A stretch of DNA of 64,000 nt from Chrysemys picta bellii (GCF_011386835.1 NC_088800.1:682001-746000); one strand, 5' to 3'. Numbered from the stretch's first letter, positions 46,451 to 58,345 are shown. A program made the numbers and translations. Notes: generated from the letters alone by a model not told the origin.

Positions 46451-46546
46451 GTGCATTGGCTGGAGCAGCAGGTGGCGAAGCGCAGGACGAAGAGAGATGC
46501 CTTCACGGAGCCCACGGACCCCAAGTTCCCTCAGCAGTGGTACCTG
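46451..46546 (+). CDS. FURIN: FURIN coding exon 3 (RTKR autocleavage site)
   Basis: VHWLEQQVAKRRTKRDAFTEPTDPKFPQQWYL. Confidence 0.97.
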
Positions 46547-47711
46547 GTGGGTGCTGGCGGCGGGGGCTGTGCGCGCGGGGGGGCTGTGCACAGATGTGCT
46601 GCACTGGAGGGTGGGGAACGGGGTGCAGTAGCTGGGTTCTAGTCAGCTGCTTCGCTCTGTGCCAGGCCTCGCCCTGCTCCGTGCCTCAGTTTCCCTAACG
46701 GGAACATGGGACTGGCCAGACAAGAGCAGACCTGTGGGCCGTCCAGCTCTGTGTCCTGTCGCTGCCTTTGGCTGGGAGCAGCTGCTTCAGAGGATGGAAC
46801 CCTGCAGCAGGCCGTTGGGGGGCCAGGCACCGTTGGGGGGCCAGGCACCGTTTCCTCCTCCCCATCCATTAGGCCAGTCAACGCCCAGAAGCGGGAGCGG
46901 TTACATTCCTTCCAAAGCTCCTGCTTTCATTCAGGTCTCACTATTATGGTCCCATTATTGTAGGAATGGGGTGGGGGGGGTGCAACATGTCGGGACCCGG
47001 GGGCAGCACCTGCTGGGAAACGTTTGCTGCGGCCAGCGGCAGGCTGCCTGGGAACGTGCTTCTCCTGCAGTGCGTGCGTGAGGATTGACCGCCCCTGAGA
47101 CGGGGGCTTGGGTCCTGGGACTGTGTAGCTAAATCCAGGGTAGAGTCGCATCCGGGCCCAGGAGGGTCCCTGATCCCCTGCTGGGGAGGGGGGCTCCCCA
47201 GCCCTGCAGCCCCTGCCTAATCCCTTAATTCCAGCTAATGGCACATGGCTGGGATTAGCAGAACCAGGGCCAGCTCCTGCTCAGATACCCCTCCCCCAGC
47301 AGCGTGTCAGCCCCTCACCAGATGCCAGATCCCTCCCCATCAGGGATCTCCAGGCTCTGCTATGCCCCAGCTCTTAAACCTCCCCTGGAGGCGCCCTGAG
47401 GGGTCCCACCCGTCCTTCAGGGCAGGGCATGCGCCCCCCCACCTCCGAGCCCAAGCCTCTGGGCCGCAGCCCTGCAGCGTCTCCCCAGGAGATCTGCCCT
47501 GCCAGTCCAGCTGAGCCTGCTGGGCCGGGCTGTGCTCTGTGGGCGAGCGATGCCCGGCAGCACCCCGCCGGCAGGCAGCCTTGTCCAGCCAGAGCAGGTG
47601 TGTTAGTCCCTGCGCACGGGCCTGGGAAGGCCTTCGGGCAGCACAGAGCCACCAGGGTTCAGCCATTATCCAGCCTGGCCAAGCCAGGGCCAGAGACCCC
47701 TAGAGGCCAGG

Positions 47712-47845
47712 TGTGACTGCCAACTAGTTGCAAGTATCACACACCCTTGTCCCATCACCTCCTAGACACTTGAGTAACACATAGGGGAAACTGAGGCACA
47801 CACAGTATTCAGACAAAACAGTAAGAACATTCTCACTTGGTCACA
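47712..47845 (-). mobile_element. Short LTR-like element bounded by TGTGAC...GTCACA
   Basis: Terminal inverted hexamers; one end resembles the element at 60966-61080; no TSD. Confidence 0.4.
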
Positions 47846-48083
47846 GTGGGGCAGTATCCTTTGGGGTCCTTCCACTTGCCCCGACTCCCCTGAAGGGCCA
47901 AACCAGGTGAGCTGATTGCACATCTCCTGTCGCTTGGGGGTGCACTCGTTCTGTTACCTGTATGTTCGTGTAGCTTGCAGACAGCTGTGGGTTGTGGGAG
48001 CTGCTGCTCCATGACCCTCATTGGGGGGTCGCCCCCCCCCCCTTCAGGCTGTGATCAGTGGGTTTCTGGGCTCGTTCCTCTAG

Positions 48084-48212
48084 TACAACGTGAACCAGCG
48101 GGACCTGAACGTGCGGGGGGCCTGGGAGCAGGGCTACACCGGCAGGGGGATTGTCGTCTCCATCCTGGACGATGGCATTGAGAAGAACCACCCAGACCTA
48201 GAGGACAACTAC
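48084..48212 (+). CDS. FURIN: FURIN coding exon 4 (catalytic Asp)
   Basis: ...GIVVSILDDGIEKNHPDL...; 129 bp. Confidence 0.97.
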
Positions 48213-48575
48213 GTGAGTAGGGGCCACCGCGCTCATGTGCAGGGACAGCCCCAGCGTGCTGCGCTGTGTCCGCCGCTGGGCACACAGCATGCTGGGACCT
48301 GTCGTCTTTGAAGCCCACACCTGCCACTCCGCTGCAGCACAAGACTGCTGGCACATGGCCCCGGGCTGAGCAGGATTCGGGCCTGGCCTAGAGTCCAGAA
48401 GTGGCGAGGCAGCCCTGGCTGCTAGAGGAATGACGTCTCCCCCTCCCATGCCACGGGCAAGGGCTGGCCTGTGGCTCCCTGAGCTTGCTGTGAACCACAG
48501 CCCAGCCGTGGGCAGCTGCCTGGCCTAGAAGGGAGTGTGGGGCTCTGCTGAGCTGACAGAGGTTCTGTCTTCTAG

Positions 48576-48652
48576 GACCCTGGGGCCAGCTTCGATGTGA
48601 ACGACCAGGACCCAGACCCACAGCCTCGCTACACACAGATGAACGACAACAG
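48576..48652 (+). CDS. FURIN: FURIN coding exon 5
   Basis: DPGASFDVNDQDPDPQPRYTQMNDN; 77 bp. Confidence 0.97.
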
Positions 48653-49195
48653 GTGAGGGGAGCCAGGAGTCGTTCGCCTGGAGGCGTGGTGGGCTGGGCG
48701 GGGCCTGGCTGCTCTGGGGAGCCTGTCCGGGGTGGGGGACATGCCCGACGGGCTGGGTGTTGGAGGTGGGGGATGAGCTGAGGAGGAGGCAGGGGAGCCT
48801 GATTCTACTCAGGGGCTATCGGGGTGGCTCAAGGACAGGAAACTGGGCTCCAGGCCCTGAGCATCTGCAGCGGGTGGGGCAGGGTGGGGCGTGGGGGTGG
48901 GCCTGGGGAGCCCCCATCCCCTGTGCCCTGGCAGAGCTGTAGCCACCTCCTGCCTCCCCTGTCCAGACGCAGGCTCATTCGTTGTCAGCTGGAGCCGAGT
49001 CTGGCCGTTCCCATCCCCCTCCGGTTCCTGAACCCGGGCGCTGGACAGGGCAGCCTGGCTGGGCGGTGGGACAGCAGCCCTGGCTCCAGGGGGGGTGCGC
49101 GGCAGCAACGGAGGCTGCAGCTCGGCCGCTGGGGCTGCGGGGACCCAGCCAGTGCTTTGCTTGTGACCGTGCTGTGTTGCTGTTCCCTGGTGCAG

Positions 49196-49284
49196 ACATG
49201 GCACCCGCTGTGCCGGCGAAGTGGCTGCCGTGGCAAACAACGGGATCTGTGGCGTGGGAGTGGCTTACAACGCCAAGATCGGAG
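49196..49284 (+). CDS. FURIN: FURIN coding exon 6 (catalytic His)
   Basis: [29 protein letters not shown]; 89 bp. Confidence 0.97.
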
Positions 49285-49562
49285 GTGGGTGTGTGCCTAG
49301 CCCAAGGCTGGTGGAGAGCCTCTGCCTGCTGCTTTCCATGGCCTGATGGGTGAGGGTCGGGGGCCCTGGCCTGCCTGCCTCTCAGCCTGCTACCTTGGGC
49401 CGGGATGGAGACCCTGCATGGGGCTTGTGCCTGCAAACACGAGCTTGCAGGCCACAGGGAGCCCAGGCCCATCCCAGAGCTTCCACACGGGGGAGCCAGG
49501 GGGCTGCAGGGGAGCCCTGGAGCCGTTGCTGGAGAAGCTGGTGACATCTCCTGTGGCCCTAG

Positions 49563-49735
49563 GTGTGCGCATGCTGGACGGGGAAGTGACAGACGCCGTG
49601 GAGGCCCGCTCCCTGGGCTTAAACCCCAACCACATCCACATCTACAGTGCCAGCTGGGGCCCCGAGGACGATGGCAAGACAGTGGACGGGCCGGCCCGGC
49701 TGGCAGAGGAGGCGTTCTTCCGAGGGGTCAGTCAG
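49563..49735 (+). CDS. FURIN: FURIN coding exon 7
   Basis: [14 protein letters not shown]...[15 protein letters not shown]...; 173 bp. Confidence 0.97.
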
Positions 49736-49806
49736 GTGAGCAGAAGGGCCGGGCTGGCTGCGGGCTGCGATGGCTGGGGCCTACCTCACTCTGTCTCTTT
49801 CTGCAG

Positions 49807-50019
49807 GGCCGGGGGGGACTGGGCTCCATCTTCGTCTGGGCCTCTGGGAACGGGGGCCGCGAACATGACAGCTGCAACTGCGATGGCTACACCAACAGCA
49901 TCTACACGCTGTCCATCAGCAGCACCACACAGTATGGCAACGTGCCCTGGTACAGCGAGGCCTGCTCCTCCACGCTCGCCACCACCTACAGCAGCGGCAA
50001 CCAGAACGAGAAGCAGATT
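49807..50019 (+). CDS. FURIN: FURIN coding exon 8 (oxyanion Asn)
   Basis: [17 protein letters not shown]...NEKQI; 213 bp; preceded by a 71-bp intron. Confidence 0.97.
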
Positions 50020-50417
50020 GTGAGTCCTAGGCGGGTGCCAGGCTGGGAGCAGCGTTCTCTCTCTGTGGGCTGGCTGGGCGCCTCGGCGGGATCAGGGCAT
50101 CCTGGCAGCAGCAGTCTGTGTTGGCTGCACCTCCAGTGAGAGCTGAGGGCAGCCCCGTGGTGGGGCTGAGCCCTGTCTCTGGAAATGGTCTTGGGGGATC
50201 CTGAGGGACCGGGCTTCTGGACACCGTGGCCCCAGGAGCTGCTCCCAGGTTCACTCTTGCTAAGCCTGGGGGATCCACGCTGAGTGGGGGAGGGGCCCAT
50301 CCCCCCGGCAGAGTTTGAAATGAGCTGGGGGCCCCCGGCGCTGTGGCTGTGGTGGCAGTGCCCTGGGTCGCAGGGACTGGGGCACACTGGGGTCTCACAG
50401 CTTGCCTCTCCCTGCAG

Positions 50418-50518
50418 GTGACGACTGACCTGAGGCAGAAGTGCACAGAGTCGCACACGGGGACCTCTGCTTCGGCCCCCCTGGCCGCTGGCATCATCGC
50501 GCTTACCCTGGAAGCGAA
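50418..50518 (+). CDS. FURIN: FURIN coding exon 9 (catalytic Ser)
   Basis: [33 protein letters not shown]; 101 bp. Confidence 0.97.
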
Positions 50519-50684
50519 GTAAGACCGGGCGAGGGCCGCGGGGGGGGGGCTGGGTTCCCCATGAACAGGGACACCTCGATCTGAGGCTCCCGGGACGTTT
50601 GGTTTGGGCACCACTGGGGGGTGGGGAGTTGGCCCTGGCAGGACCTTGGCCATGGGTGCTCCAAGCCCATCTCTGTCTCTGCAG

Positions 50685-50788
50685 TAAGAACCTGACCTGG
50701 CGGGACATGCAGCACCTGGTGGTGCGGACCTCGAAGCCGGCGCATCTCAACACCAATGACTGGGCCACCAATGGTGTGGGCCGCAAAG
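50685..50788 (+). CDS. FURIN: FURIN coding exon 10
   Basis: KNLTWRDMQHLVV...NGVGRK; 104 bp. Confidence 0.97.
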
Positions 50789-51014
50789 GTACTGTGCTGC
50801 CCAGGCCCCTCCCGTATGTGAGCAAAGTGCCCAAATCCCCCTCTGGAGCCCTTGGGGAGTGGGGCAGGCGGGGCCCAGCCAGTGGGGCATGTGGCTTGCC
50901 TTGGGCGGGGCTGGCTGCGGGACATGTGACAGGCACCCCCCCCAGTGCCCGGAGGGGGGCGCCCCAGGGACCTTTCCTTGTCCGCCCTGTGCCTCACCCT
51001 CTCTCTCTTTGCAG

Positions 51015-51132
51015 TCAGCCACTCCTATGGCTACGGCCTGCTGGATGCGGGGGCCATGGTGACCCTGGCCAGGAACTGGACCACGGTGGGACCCCAGAGG
51101 AAGTGCATCATCGACATCCTCACTGAGCCAAA
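51015..51132 (+). CDS. FURIN: FURIN coding exon 11
   Basis: SHSYGYGLLDAGAMV...LTEP; 118 bp. Confidence 0.97.
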
Positions 51133-52995
51133 GTGAGGGCTGGTGTGTCCCGGGGGGGTCTCCAGCACTGTGCCCAAGCCCTTGGCGTGGCCGGACAGTC
51201 CAACAGCTCCTGGGGAGAGCTGGGGTGGGCCCGGAGCTATGCTCTGCTCCCTGCATGGCTGACGTGGGGCAGAGCTGGAGAGGGGGCTGCGTTCCCCCTT
51301 GCCAGGCTGCGGTGGGTGCTCTGGGCTGAGGCGAAGAGCTGGGAAGAGGCCTCGGCCAGAGCGCTGGGGTGCCAGAGACTGGCCAGATCTGGGGCTCAGG
51401 CCTGCTGCAGGCTTCCCTGGGGAGCGGCTGGGCCAGCGCTGCTGGGGAGTGCCACTGCTCTGTGCAGGGGGAGCCGTGGTCCCATCCTGCGTGTGGAGTG
51501 GTGCCGGGCTCTGCTGCCTGCACGTGGCTTGCCAGCGCCGCTCCCTCGGGCACTGTGGTTTGGGAGCAGCCAGCATGAGCCGGTGCTGGACAAGGGCCTT
51601 TTCAGGGCTCACACAGACGCTCCTTTCAGTGTGCTTGCCCGTCTCCTTGGCGCTTGCGCTGTGCCCCGTGTGGCTGGGATTGGGGCGCGGAGTGCTTCCC
51701 ATAGGGCTTGGGGGGCGCCTGTTTCTAGCTCCACTTGTCCCTCCCTGCTTGCTGCCCAGGACTCGTACCCTGGGATCCGCGAGTGCTCATGGCCCATGCT
51801 GGCACCAGCACCCCTCCATTGCAGAGCCCAGACGTGCCACGCGTCCAGTGCCCAGGCCGAGCGCAGCCGCCTGGCACGCGGGGTGTGGAACTCCATCAAT
51901 AGCCCCCATCGCCCCCCGCAGCTGTCTCATAGCTCTGGACTTCTCTCTGCAGCACCGGCTGGGCCCTGCTGACCTTCAGCCTGGCCTGGCAGCTTTGGGG
52001 GGAGGGAGGAGATGCAGTGCCCAGGCCGGGGAGCAGGAGCCGAGCTCTGGGGACGCTGCCGTTTTCACTGCAGGTGAAGAAAGGAGCCATTCATGGCTGG
52101 CACAGTGCAGCTATTCAGGATGGGGAGGACGCACTCACTGAACAGCCCCCTGCCTTCCAGGAACTAGGCTGGTTTGAATGTGGTGCCCATGTTGGGGGGG
52201 GGGGGGGGAGCTGTCTGCCTGCCTGCACAGGAAAGGCCAGGAGGTCCCGTCTTGTCCATCTCAGAGCCAGGCCTCTCGAGAGCGTCTGTGCCACAAAGAA
52301 AACCTCATGGCTGTGTCAGTTCTGTGCCGGGCCAGCAGCGGTTGTGCATTGCAGTGCAGACGTACCTTAGCTCCTCCCCAGAGCCAGCTTCATCTCCCAA
52401 GCTCATGCCAAGTCTTGTCCTATCCCGCGGGGCTGTGTTCTGACCTGGGGACCCGTTGGGCCATCAGCAACTCCCGTTCCCAGCCTGGCCCCCTCACTGA
52501 GCGTCCAGGATCAGGTCAGGTCTGACTGTTACACACGTTCATCGTTGTCTGCTGCTCAGCCCTGCCCGGCTCCTGGGCCCCAGGCTGGGTTCCGTTATCC
52601 GCACAGCCGTGCCCCAGAGTGTTGCTGGCACTGCAGCTGGGGAGCTCTGCCTGGGGGGAGCAGGAGCAGATCAGTGGAGAAGGGAGGCAGCAGGGTGGCT
52701 GGCACCTGAAGCTGCTGCTTCCCTGCCAGAAGGCCCTGGGGGGGCCTCCCTAGCCGCTGCATTCCTGGCAGCGGGGGGCACTCAGGGCCCCGTCCCGCAC
52801 CGCTTGCCTGCTCTCCCTCGGGGCCTCTGGAGGGTTGTTGCTGGTGAGTTGAGAAGGCAGCAGGGTTGGTATGTCCCCAGGACCTCGGTTCGGGTGCTGT
52901 GGGATGGCCCGGTGGGCTGGGGGCCCCTCTCCCTGCTGTGTGGGGGCTGCACCTCCCGCTGGCTGCGCGCTGACTCCACTTCCTGTGCTCTGCAG

Positions 52996-53175
52996 AGACA
53001 TTGGGAAGCGCCTGGAGGTCCGGAGGAAGGTGGATGCTTGCTTGGGGAAGGCCAGTTCCATCGGCAGGCTGGAGCACGTCCAGGCCAGGCTAACGCTCTC
53101 CTACAACCGGCGTGGCGACCTGGCCATCCACCTCACCAGCCCCATGGGCACCCGCTCCACCCTCCTGGCTCCCAG
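52996..53175 (+). CDS. FURIN: FURIN coding exon 12 (P domain, RGD)
   Basis: DIGKRLEVRRKV...YNRRGDLAIHL...; 180 bp. Confidence 0.97.
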
Positions 53176-53276
53176 GTAGGGCCTCGACTGCCACAGCCTG
53201 GGGGCTGCCCAGGCCGCCTCCTGTGCGCTGCTCGGGCTGTCTCAGGCGGCAGGCCTCACCTCTCCCTCGTCCCCAG

Positions 53277-53401
53277 GCCCCACGACTACTCGGGCGACGG
53301 CTTCAACGACTGGGCCTTCATGACCACGCACTCGTGGGACGAGGACCCCTCCGGCGACTGGGTGCTGGAGATTGAAAACACTAGCGAAGCCAACAACTAC
53401 G
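53277..53401 (+). CDS. FURIN: FURIN coding exon 13
   Basis: PHDYSGDGFNDWAFMTTHSWDEDPSGDWVLEIEN...; 125 bp. Confidence 0.97.
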
Positions 53402-53963
53402 GTGCGTGCAAGGGGCTGCAGGCTCCCTGGTGCCTGCCACGGCCCCAACTGCCCACCCAGCCAGCTCCCTGGCGCCTGCCCACCACTGCCCCTGGCGCCC
53501 ACTACCCGCCCCCCCCCCCCACCAGAGCCCTGGTGCACTGTCGCAGCAGGCTGGCGTGTATACTAGGTGCCATGTGCTGAGCAGAGAGACGGCCGCCCCG
53601 TGGCCACAATGCCTGCACTCCAGCGGTAGCTCCTGGGTGCTGGTGGCTGCAGCACCACGGCTTGGCAGGGTGGGGGCAGGGGCACCTGAAGCCAAGCATC
53701 TGGGAGAGGGGTGGGGGGGGAACCTTTCGATGCAGAGGCCCCGTGGTGCAGTGTCCTCTGCTGGGGCCCCACCCGGGGTCTCCCTCCCGTCATGTGGGAC
53801 AGCAGCCTGTGGGCACAGCCTGCCCCTGCTCCCCTGGGCTTCTGTGGGAGTGGAAGGGGGTGTGATCGGCCCCGTGGCCAGCAGAGGGCACCGAACACCA
53901 GGGTTAAAGCCAGGTGGGTTAACAAGTCCCTGGGCGCTCCTCACGCTCTGCCTTGGCCTGCAG

Positions 53964-54080
53964 GCACCCTGACCAAGTTCACGCTGGTTCTGTACGGGAC
54001 CGCGACAGAGCCCACCAGCCTCTCCAACCGGCTCGAGAGCAGCGGCTGCAAAACCCTCACCTCCAGCCAGACCTGTGTGG
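53964..54080 (+). CDS. FURIN: FURIN coding exon 14
   Basis: TLTKFTLVLYGT...SGCKTLTSSQTCV; 117 bp. Confidence 0.96.
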
Positions 54081-54224
54081 GTGAGTGAGGGGGCTGGACA
54101 GCCAGGCCCAGGGATCTGGGGAGGGTGGGCAGAGCACAGACATGCCACGGCCCGTGGGGCAGGCGTGCCGGTCTGGGGCTGGCAGAGCTCTGGGCCGAGC
54201 GCTAACCCCCCCCTGTCCCCGCAG

Positions 54225-54787
54225 TGTGCGAGGAGGGCTTCTACCTGCACCAGAAGAGCTGCCTGAAGCACTGCCCCCCCGGCTTCGTGCCCAGCCTGCA
54301 GAGTGCCCACTACGCTCCGGAGAACAGCGTGGAGCCCAGCCCCCCTCACCTGTGTGTGCCCTGCCACGCCTCCTGCGCCACCTGCACGGGGCCCGCGGCC
54401 AACGCCTGCCTCAGCTGCCCGGCTCACTCGCACTTCAACAGCCTGGAGCTGACGTGCTCGCACCAGACGCAGAGCAGCCGCGCATCGCCCGCCCTGGCCA
54501 AGGGCCAGCCCGAGGCACCGCCCGCCTCCAAACTGGCCGTCCTGGTGGCCAGCCTCAGCTGCCTCTTCATCGTCCTCATTTTCATCACCGTCTTCCTGGT
54601 GCTGCAGCTGCGCTCGGGCTTCAGCCTGCGGGGCGTCAAGGTGTACTCCCTGGACAGCGGACTCATCTCCTACAAGGGGCTCCCCGCGGACCTGTGGCAG
54701 GAGGAGCTGCCTTCCGAGTCGGAGGGCGAGGACTGCGAGGCCCACAGCGAGAGGACTGCCTTCATCAGAGACCAAAGTGCCCTTTGA
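54225..54787 (+). CDS. FURIN: FURIN coding exon 15 (Cys-rich region, TM, cytoplasmic tail, stop)
   Basis: CEEGFYLHQKSC...YKGL...TAFIRDQSAL*. Confidence 0.97.
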
Positions 54788-56110
54788 GCCCCCCGGCCCC
54801 TCCCTGTCCTGCCCTGGCACAGCCCCTGGGGCAGGGAAGGCCGAGGGGCCCTGGACACTGCCCCGTCCTGCTCGGGCGAGGGCTTCACCAGCTGCTGGCA
54901 CCGTCCTGTGGGCTCCTGGGCAAGGGCAGCGGCTGCCCGGCCTGCTCTAGGGAGGGCCCCCTGGCACCGTCCTGGGCTCTCGCCCCCACAGCACCAGGCC
55001 CAGCCTCCACTTCTGTTTCTTTTAACTCGCCAAAGTGTTTTTAGCATAGCCCCCCTCCCCCCCCCGCCAGCCCCATGGGCCTGGTGAGGGTTTGTCTGCC
55101 AGCCCCGCCTGTGCCCGTCACACCCATGTGCGTGTCTCTCAGGGCTGGCTCTCCAGGCTGCTGGCAGTCCTAGGCTGGGCACTGCGTCTCCATGGGGGTG
55201 GCTCTGGTGAGGGGGTTATGTGCTGCCTCCCTCTCCAGCCTTGGGCTCCCTGGGCTTGTCCCCACCTCAGGCCCAGAGCGCTGGGCAAGCCCTGCTCTTG
55301 GTGACCTTCTTCCCTCCTGGGGAGCAGCAAGGCTCCCCCAGCTCCCAGGCCCCGCCCCAGTGGCAGCTGTTTCCTTCTCTCTACAGCAATAACGGCTGGG
55401 CCGCTGGCAGGGCTCCGCCGGAGGCCAGGCCGGAGCACGAGGCTCTGCAGTGCTGAAGGGCCAGGAGCAGTGTCTTGCCCGGGGCCGGTCCCAGGGACCC
55501 CATCCCTGCGGCGACAGGCGGCAGCATCCCCACGGCTCCTGTCCTGCTGGAGAAGTTCCCAGGGCATTGCCCCACGTGCCCAGCCCCCTGTCTGTGGGCC
55601 GGCTGCCCCTCCCTCAGCCCTGCAGCGCTTTCTGGGCTCGGGCCGTGCAGCCTGGACCAGTCTCCAGCCCCCTGCAGAGGCACCGAGTTACGGCGTGTCT
55701 GCCCCCCTCCCCCTCCTGATGTGCCTTGCCCCTCCCCTGGTGGTGACAATCTGTCTTGCTGCCCAGCTGGAGCCCCCCAGTCCCCTCCCTGTTCCGTCAC
55801 TTGCTCATGATGGCGGGCGAGGCCTGGCCCAGGGTAAGTGGGGGCTTCAGCGTAACGTGCCCCCTGCAAGGGGCCTGAGCACCAAGTCCAGAGCTGCGCG
55901 CCCCGGCCCCAGGCCTCGTCTGTGTGTGCAGCCCCTGTGCTCTAGCCCCGGCTCAGGCAGTGCCAGGGGGCAGGGCCCCCCACACCTGGTTTTCTATCAT
56001 CACTTTTTGGTGCACAGTAATTTTTTTCTTGTAATTTAATCAGGCAGGCGTTGCCTCCTGCACCCGGTTTTTAATTTAATGGTTGTGGATATAACGCTAG
56101 AGACTGAGTT

Positions 56111-56116
56111 ATTAAA
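56111..56116 (+). terminator. FURIN polyadenylation signal ATTAAA
   Basis: Lies at the end of an AT-rich block that closes the GC-rich 3' UTR. Confidence 0.65.
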
Positions 56117-58149
56117 TGTTCAGAACTATGCAAACCAGCCGCCCTCCTGAGCATGTTCTGTGCCCCCGCCTGGCTGAGCGGACCGCTCCCCCTCCCCCGC
56201 AGGCTGTGCACCTCTCTCCCCGCACTCACTGCCGCCTCCCCTTGGCCTGCCGCAGACACAGGGGCCAGCCAGCTCTGTGCCCTGGCCTCCTCTTGGCGCT
56301 GCCTTCACGGCTTGAAATTACTGCCCCCGGGGTACGCCCCCCCCTGCTCTGCCCTGTTGCTCAGGCTGGACACAGGTGGGGCAGGGAGACCAGACTAGGC
56401 CCTTTGCTGCAGCCAGGAAGTGGGAGCCCCAGCCTTTGAGAGCCAGGTGCTGGGCCCTGCCCCTGGCTGTGAGCAGCAGCCCCCAGCAAGTGTGGGCCTG
56501 GGTCATGTTAACTGCTTGACAGCTGGGGTATGGGGCCCCCCAGGCCAGGTGCCTGCCCCCCCTCCCCCAACCAGCTCACAGCTGGTTTCTGGGGCAGGGC
56601 AGCACCCCCTCTCAGCCCCATCCTGCCCACGATACGAGTGCCTGCTGCCAGCGCGCCATTGCCCAGGCCCCTTCACTTCTACCTGTGCTGTCCCATGCGG
56701 CTCCTCCGGCTTCCCTCTGAGCACAGCGCCAGGCTGGGGGGAGAATCCCAGCACCAACCCTGGGAGCTCAGGTCACCAGGCGCAGATGGTCCAGCCCCTG
56801 GCTCCCCACTGTGGGCCTGGGTCCCCTGGCTGCAGTGCTGCCTAGGGCCAGGGGTGGGGGGCTGGGAGGAGGAACCCCCTCCCAGAGTCAAGGCCCAGCT
56901 GTGGGGCCCCCCAGCACCAGGGCTGGACCTGACTTGTCATGTGTCTGGAAACTTCTGCTACTTCTCAGGAAACCACCCAAATCAGGAACTAATTCGGGAA
57001 ACTCCTGGTGTTGTGGGGAAAGCTGGGGCCATGTGAGGCACTTGGAGAGCCAGCCCCTGCTTGCCCTGTCTCAGTCGCCTGGGCTGAGGCCCCTGTGCCT
57101 TTGGGTGTGAGGGGTGTGGGCCCTTGGGGGCTGGCCCCCAGCCCAGACCTAACCCCCGAGGTGCAGACAAATCCCCGTCTTCCCATAGCCCCCAGCCAAG
57201 AGGCGCTGACTCCCCACCCGCTGGGGCCAGCTGCACCCATAGCCTCAGGCCTGGCCCCCAAGGCCCTCTACCCAGGCCCACCCCAGTGAGGGGTTCTGGG
57301 GCCAGGCCCTGAAACACCCAGAGCTGAGACAAAGTGGCTGCAGCCCCTGCCAGAGCCCTCGCCTGCCTGGGCCGTGCTCAGCCACAGGCCAGACCCGTTG
57401 CCCCCAGGCTGGGGGGAGGAGGGGGAGCCCAGAGCCCAGTCCGACCCCAGGGGTGACTGCAGCCAGCCAGAGGGGAGATGGAGCCACTTTCTGTGCAGTG
57501 TCCCCAGCACGAGGGAGCCATTCCCCTAACGTACCAGGGCCACGAGAGATGCCCCAGCGAGCAGGGCCAAGGCCGGGCCTGAGCAGGAGTGATGGGGAGC
57601 CATCTGTCCCCGGCATGGACGCAGCTTGGCCCCCAAATGCTGGGGGACCCTGTCCCCCCATCCTGGCTCAGCAGAGCCACTTCTGCAGGAGGTCACAGTT
57701 CAGCTCAAAGGGACAGAGGTGCCCTGGGTGCTGCCAACAGGCGTCACTGGGGGTGGGGGCTGGTGCCTGGGGGAGGTCCAAGTGCAGAAGCAGTGTGGGG
57801 GAGGGGAATGGGAAATTGCCATGAATAGGAGGGTGAAGAGGGTGGGACTAGGACTCAAGGGCCAGGAGCCCAGACGGGGTGTACAGGGTGAAGGGGGCCA
57901 GGCTGGGGGTGTGCAGGGCTTACAGGAACCCCAGAGCGGAGCAGATCCCAGGCTTATTTACCTGCTACTCCATCACTGGCAGCAGCAGCACCTTGGGGGA
58001 AGGTGTGAGATCTGGGCAGTAGCAGATGTGGGGTAATTAGACCCCCTCCCCCCAGCTGGTCACATCCTGACCCTAATAGGTCGCTTGGCCTAAGCCCTGG
58101 AGCAGGGGGTTTATCTGTGCTGGCTAGTCTTGTTATTTATAGAAATGGC

Positions 58150-58345
58150 CACTCCCACTCTCTGAATCTTGTTCTGGTCCCAGCCTCAATGACTTCCTGT
58201 GGCTGAGAGTTCCACAGGTTAAATTGCCGGTTGCGTGAAAAGGTGTTTCCTTTGATTAGTTTTGAATTCGTCACCTCTCTGTGTCATTGCATGGCCCTTG
58301 TTGTGCTCTGAGACCAGGAGAACAGCAGCTCCCAATAGCCCTTCT
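58150..58345 (-). mobile_element. CR1 3' fragment
   Basis: cctcaatgacttcctgtggctgagagttccacagg...gtgaaaaggtgtttcctttg. Confidence 0.6.

Larger units (their letters stand above)
38374..56140 (+). other. FURIN: Furin (PCSK3) gene body; 15 coding exons, 2364-nt CDS, 787 aa
   Basis: Signal peptide, propeptide with RAVVKR and RTKR sites, subtilisin domain (DDG, HGTRC, WASGNGG, GTSASAP), P domain with RRGDL, Cys-rich region, TM helix, and tail with YKGL, acidic cluster SESEGED and terminal AFIRDQSAL. Confidence 0.98.

Noticed and set aside
49736-49806. 71-bp FURIN intron as an anomaly
   Set aside because: It is short but within the viable range, with canonical GT-AG and correct phase.
52609-53580. 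323-aa plus-strand ORF and other long ORFs overlapping FURIN
   Set aside because: They run through introns in GC-rich, stop-poor DNA; only the segments matching the spliced FURIN frame are coding.
53381-54901. 506-aa minus-strand ORF
   Set aside because: It is an antisense shadow of GC-rich FURIN exons and introns; low-complexity G/A/P-rich and with no recognisable domain.
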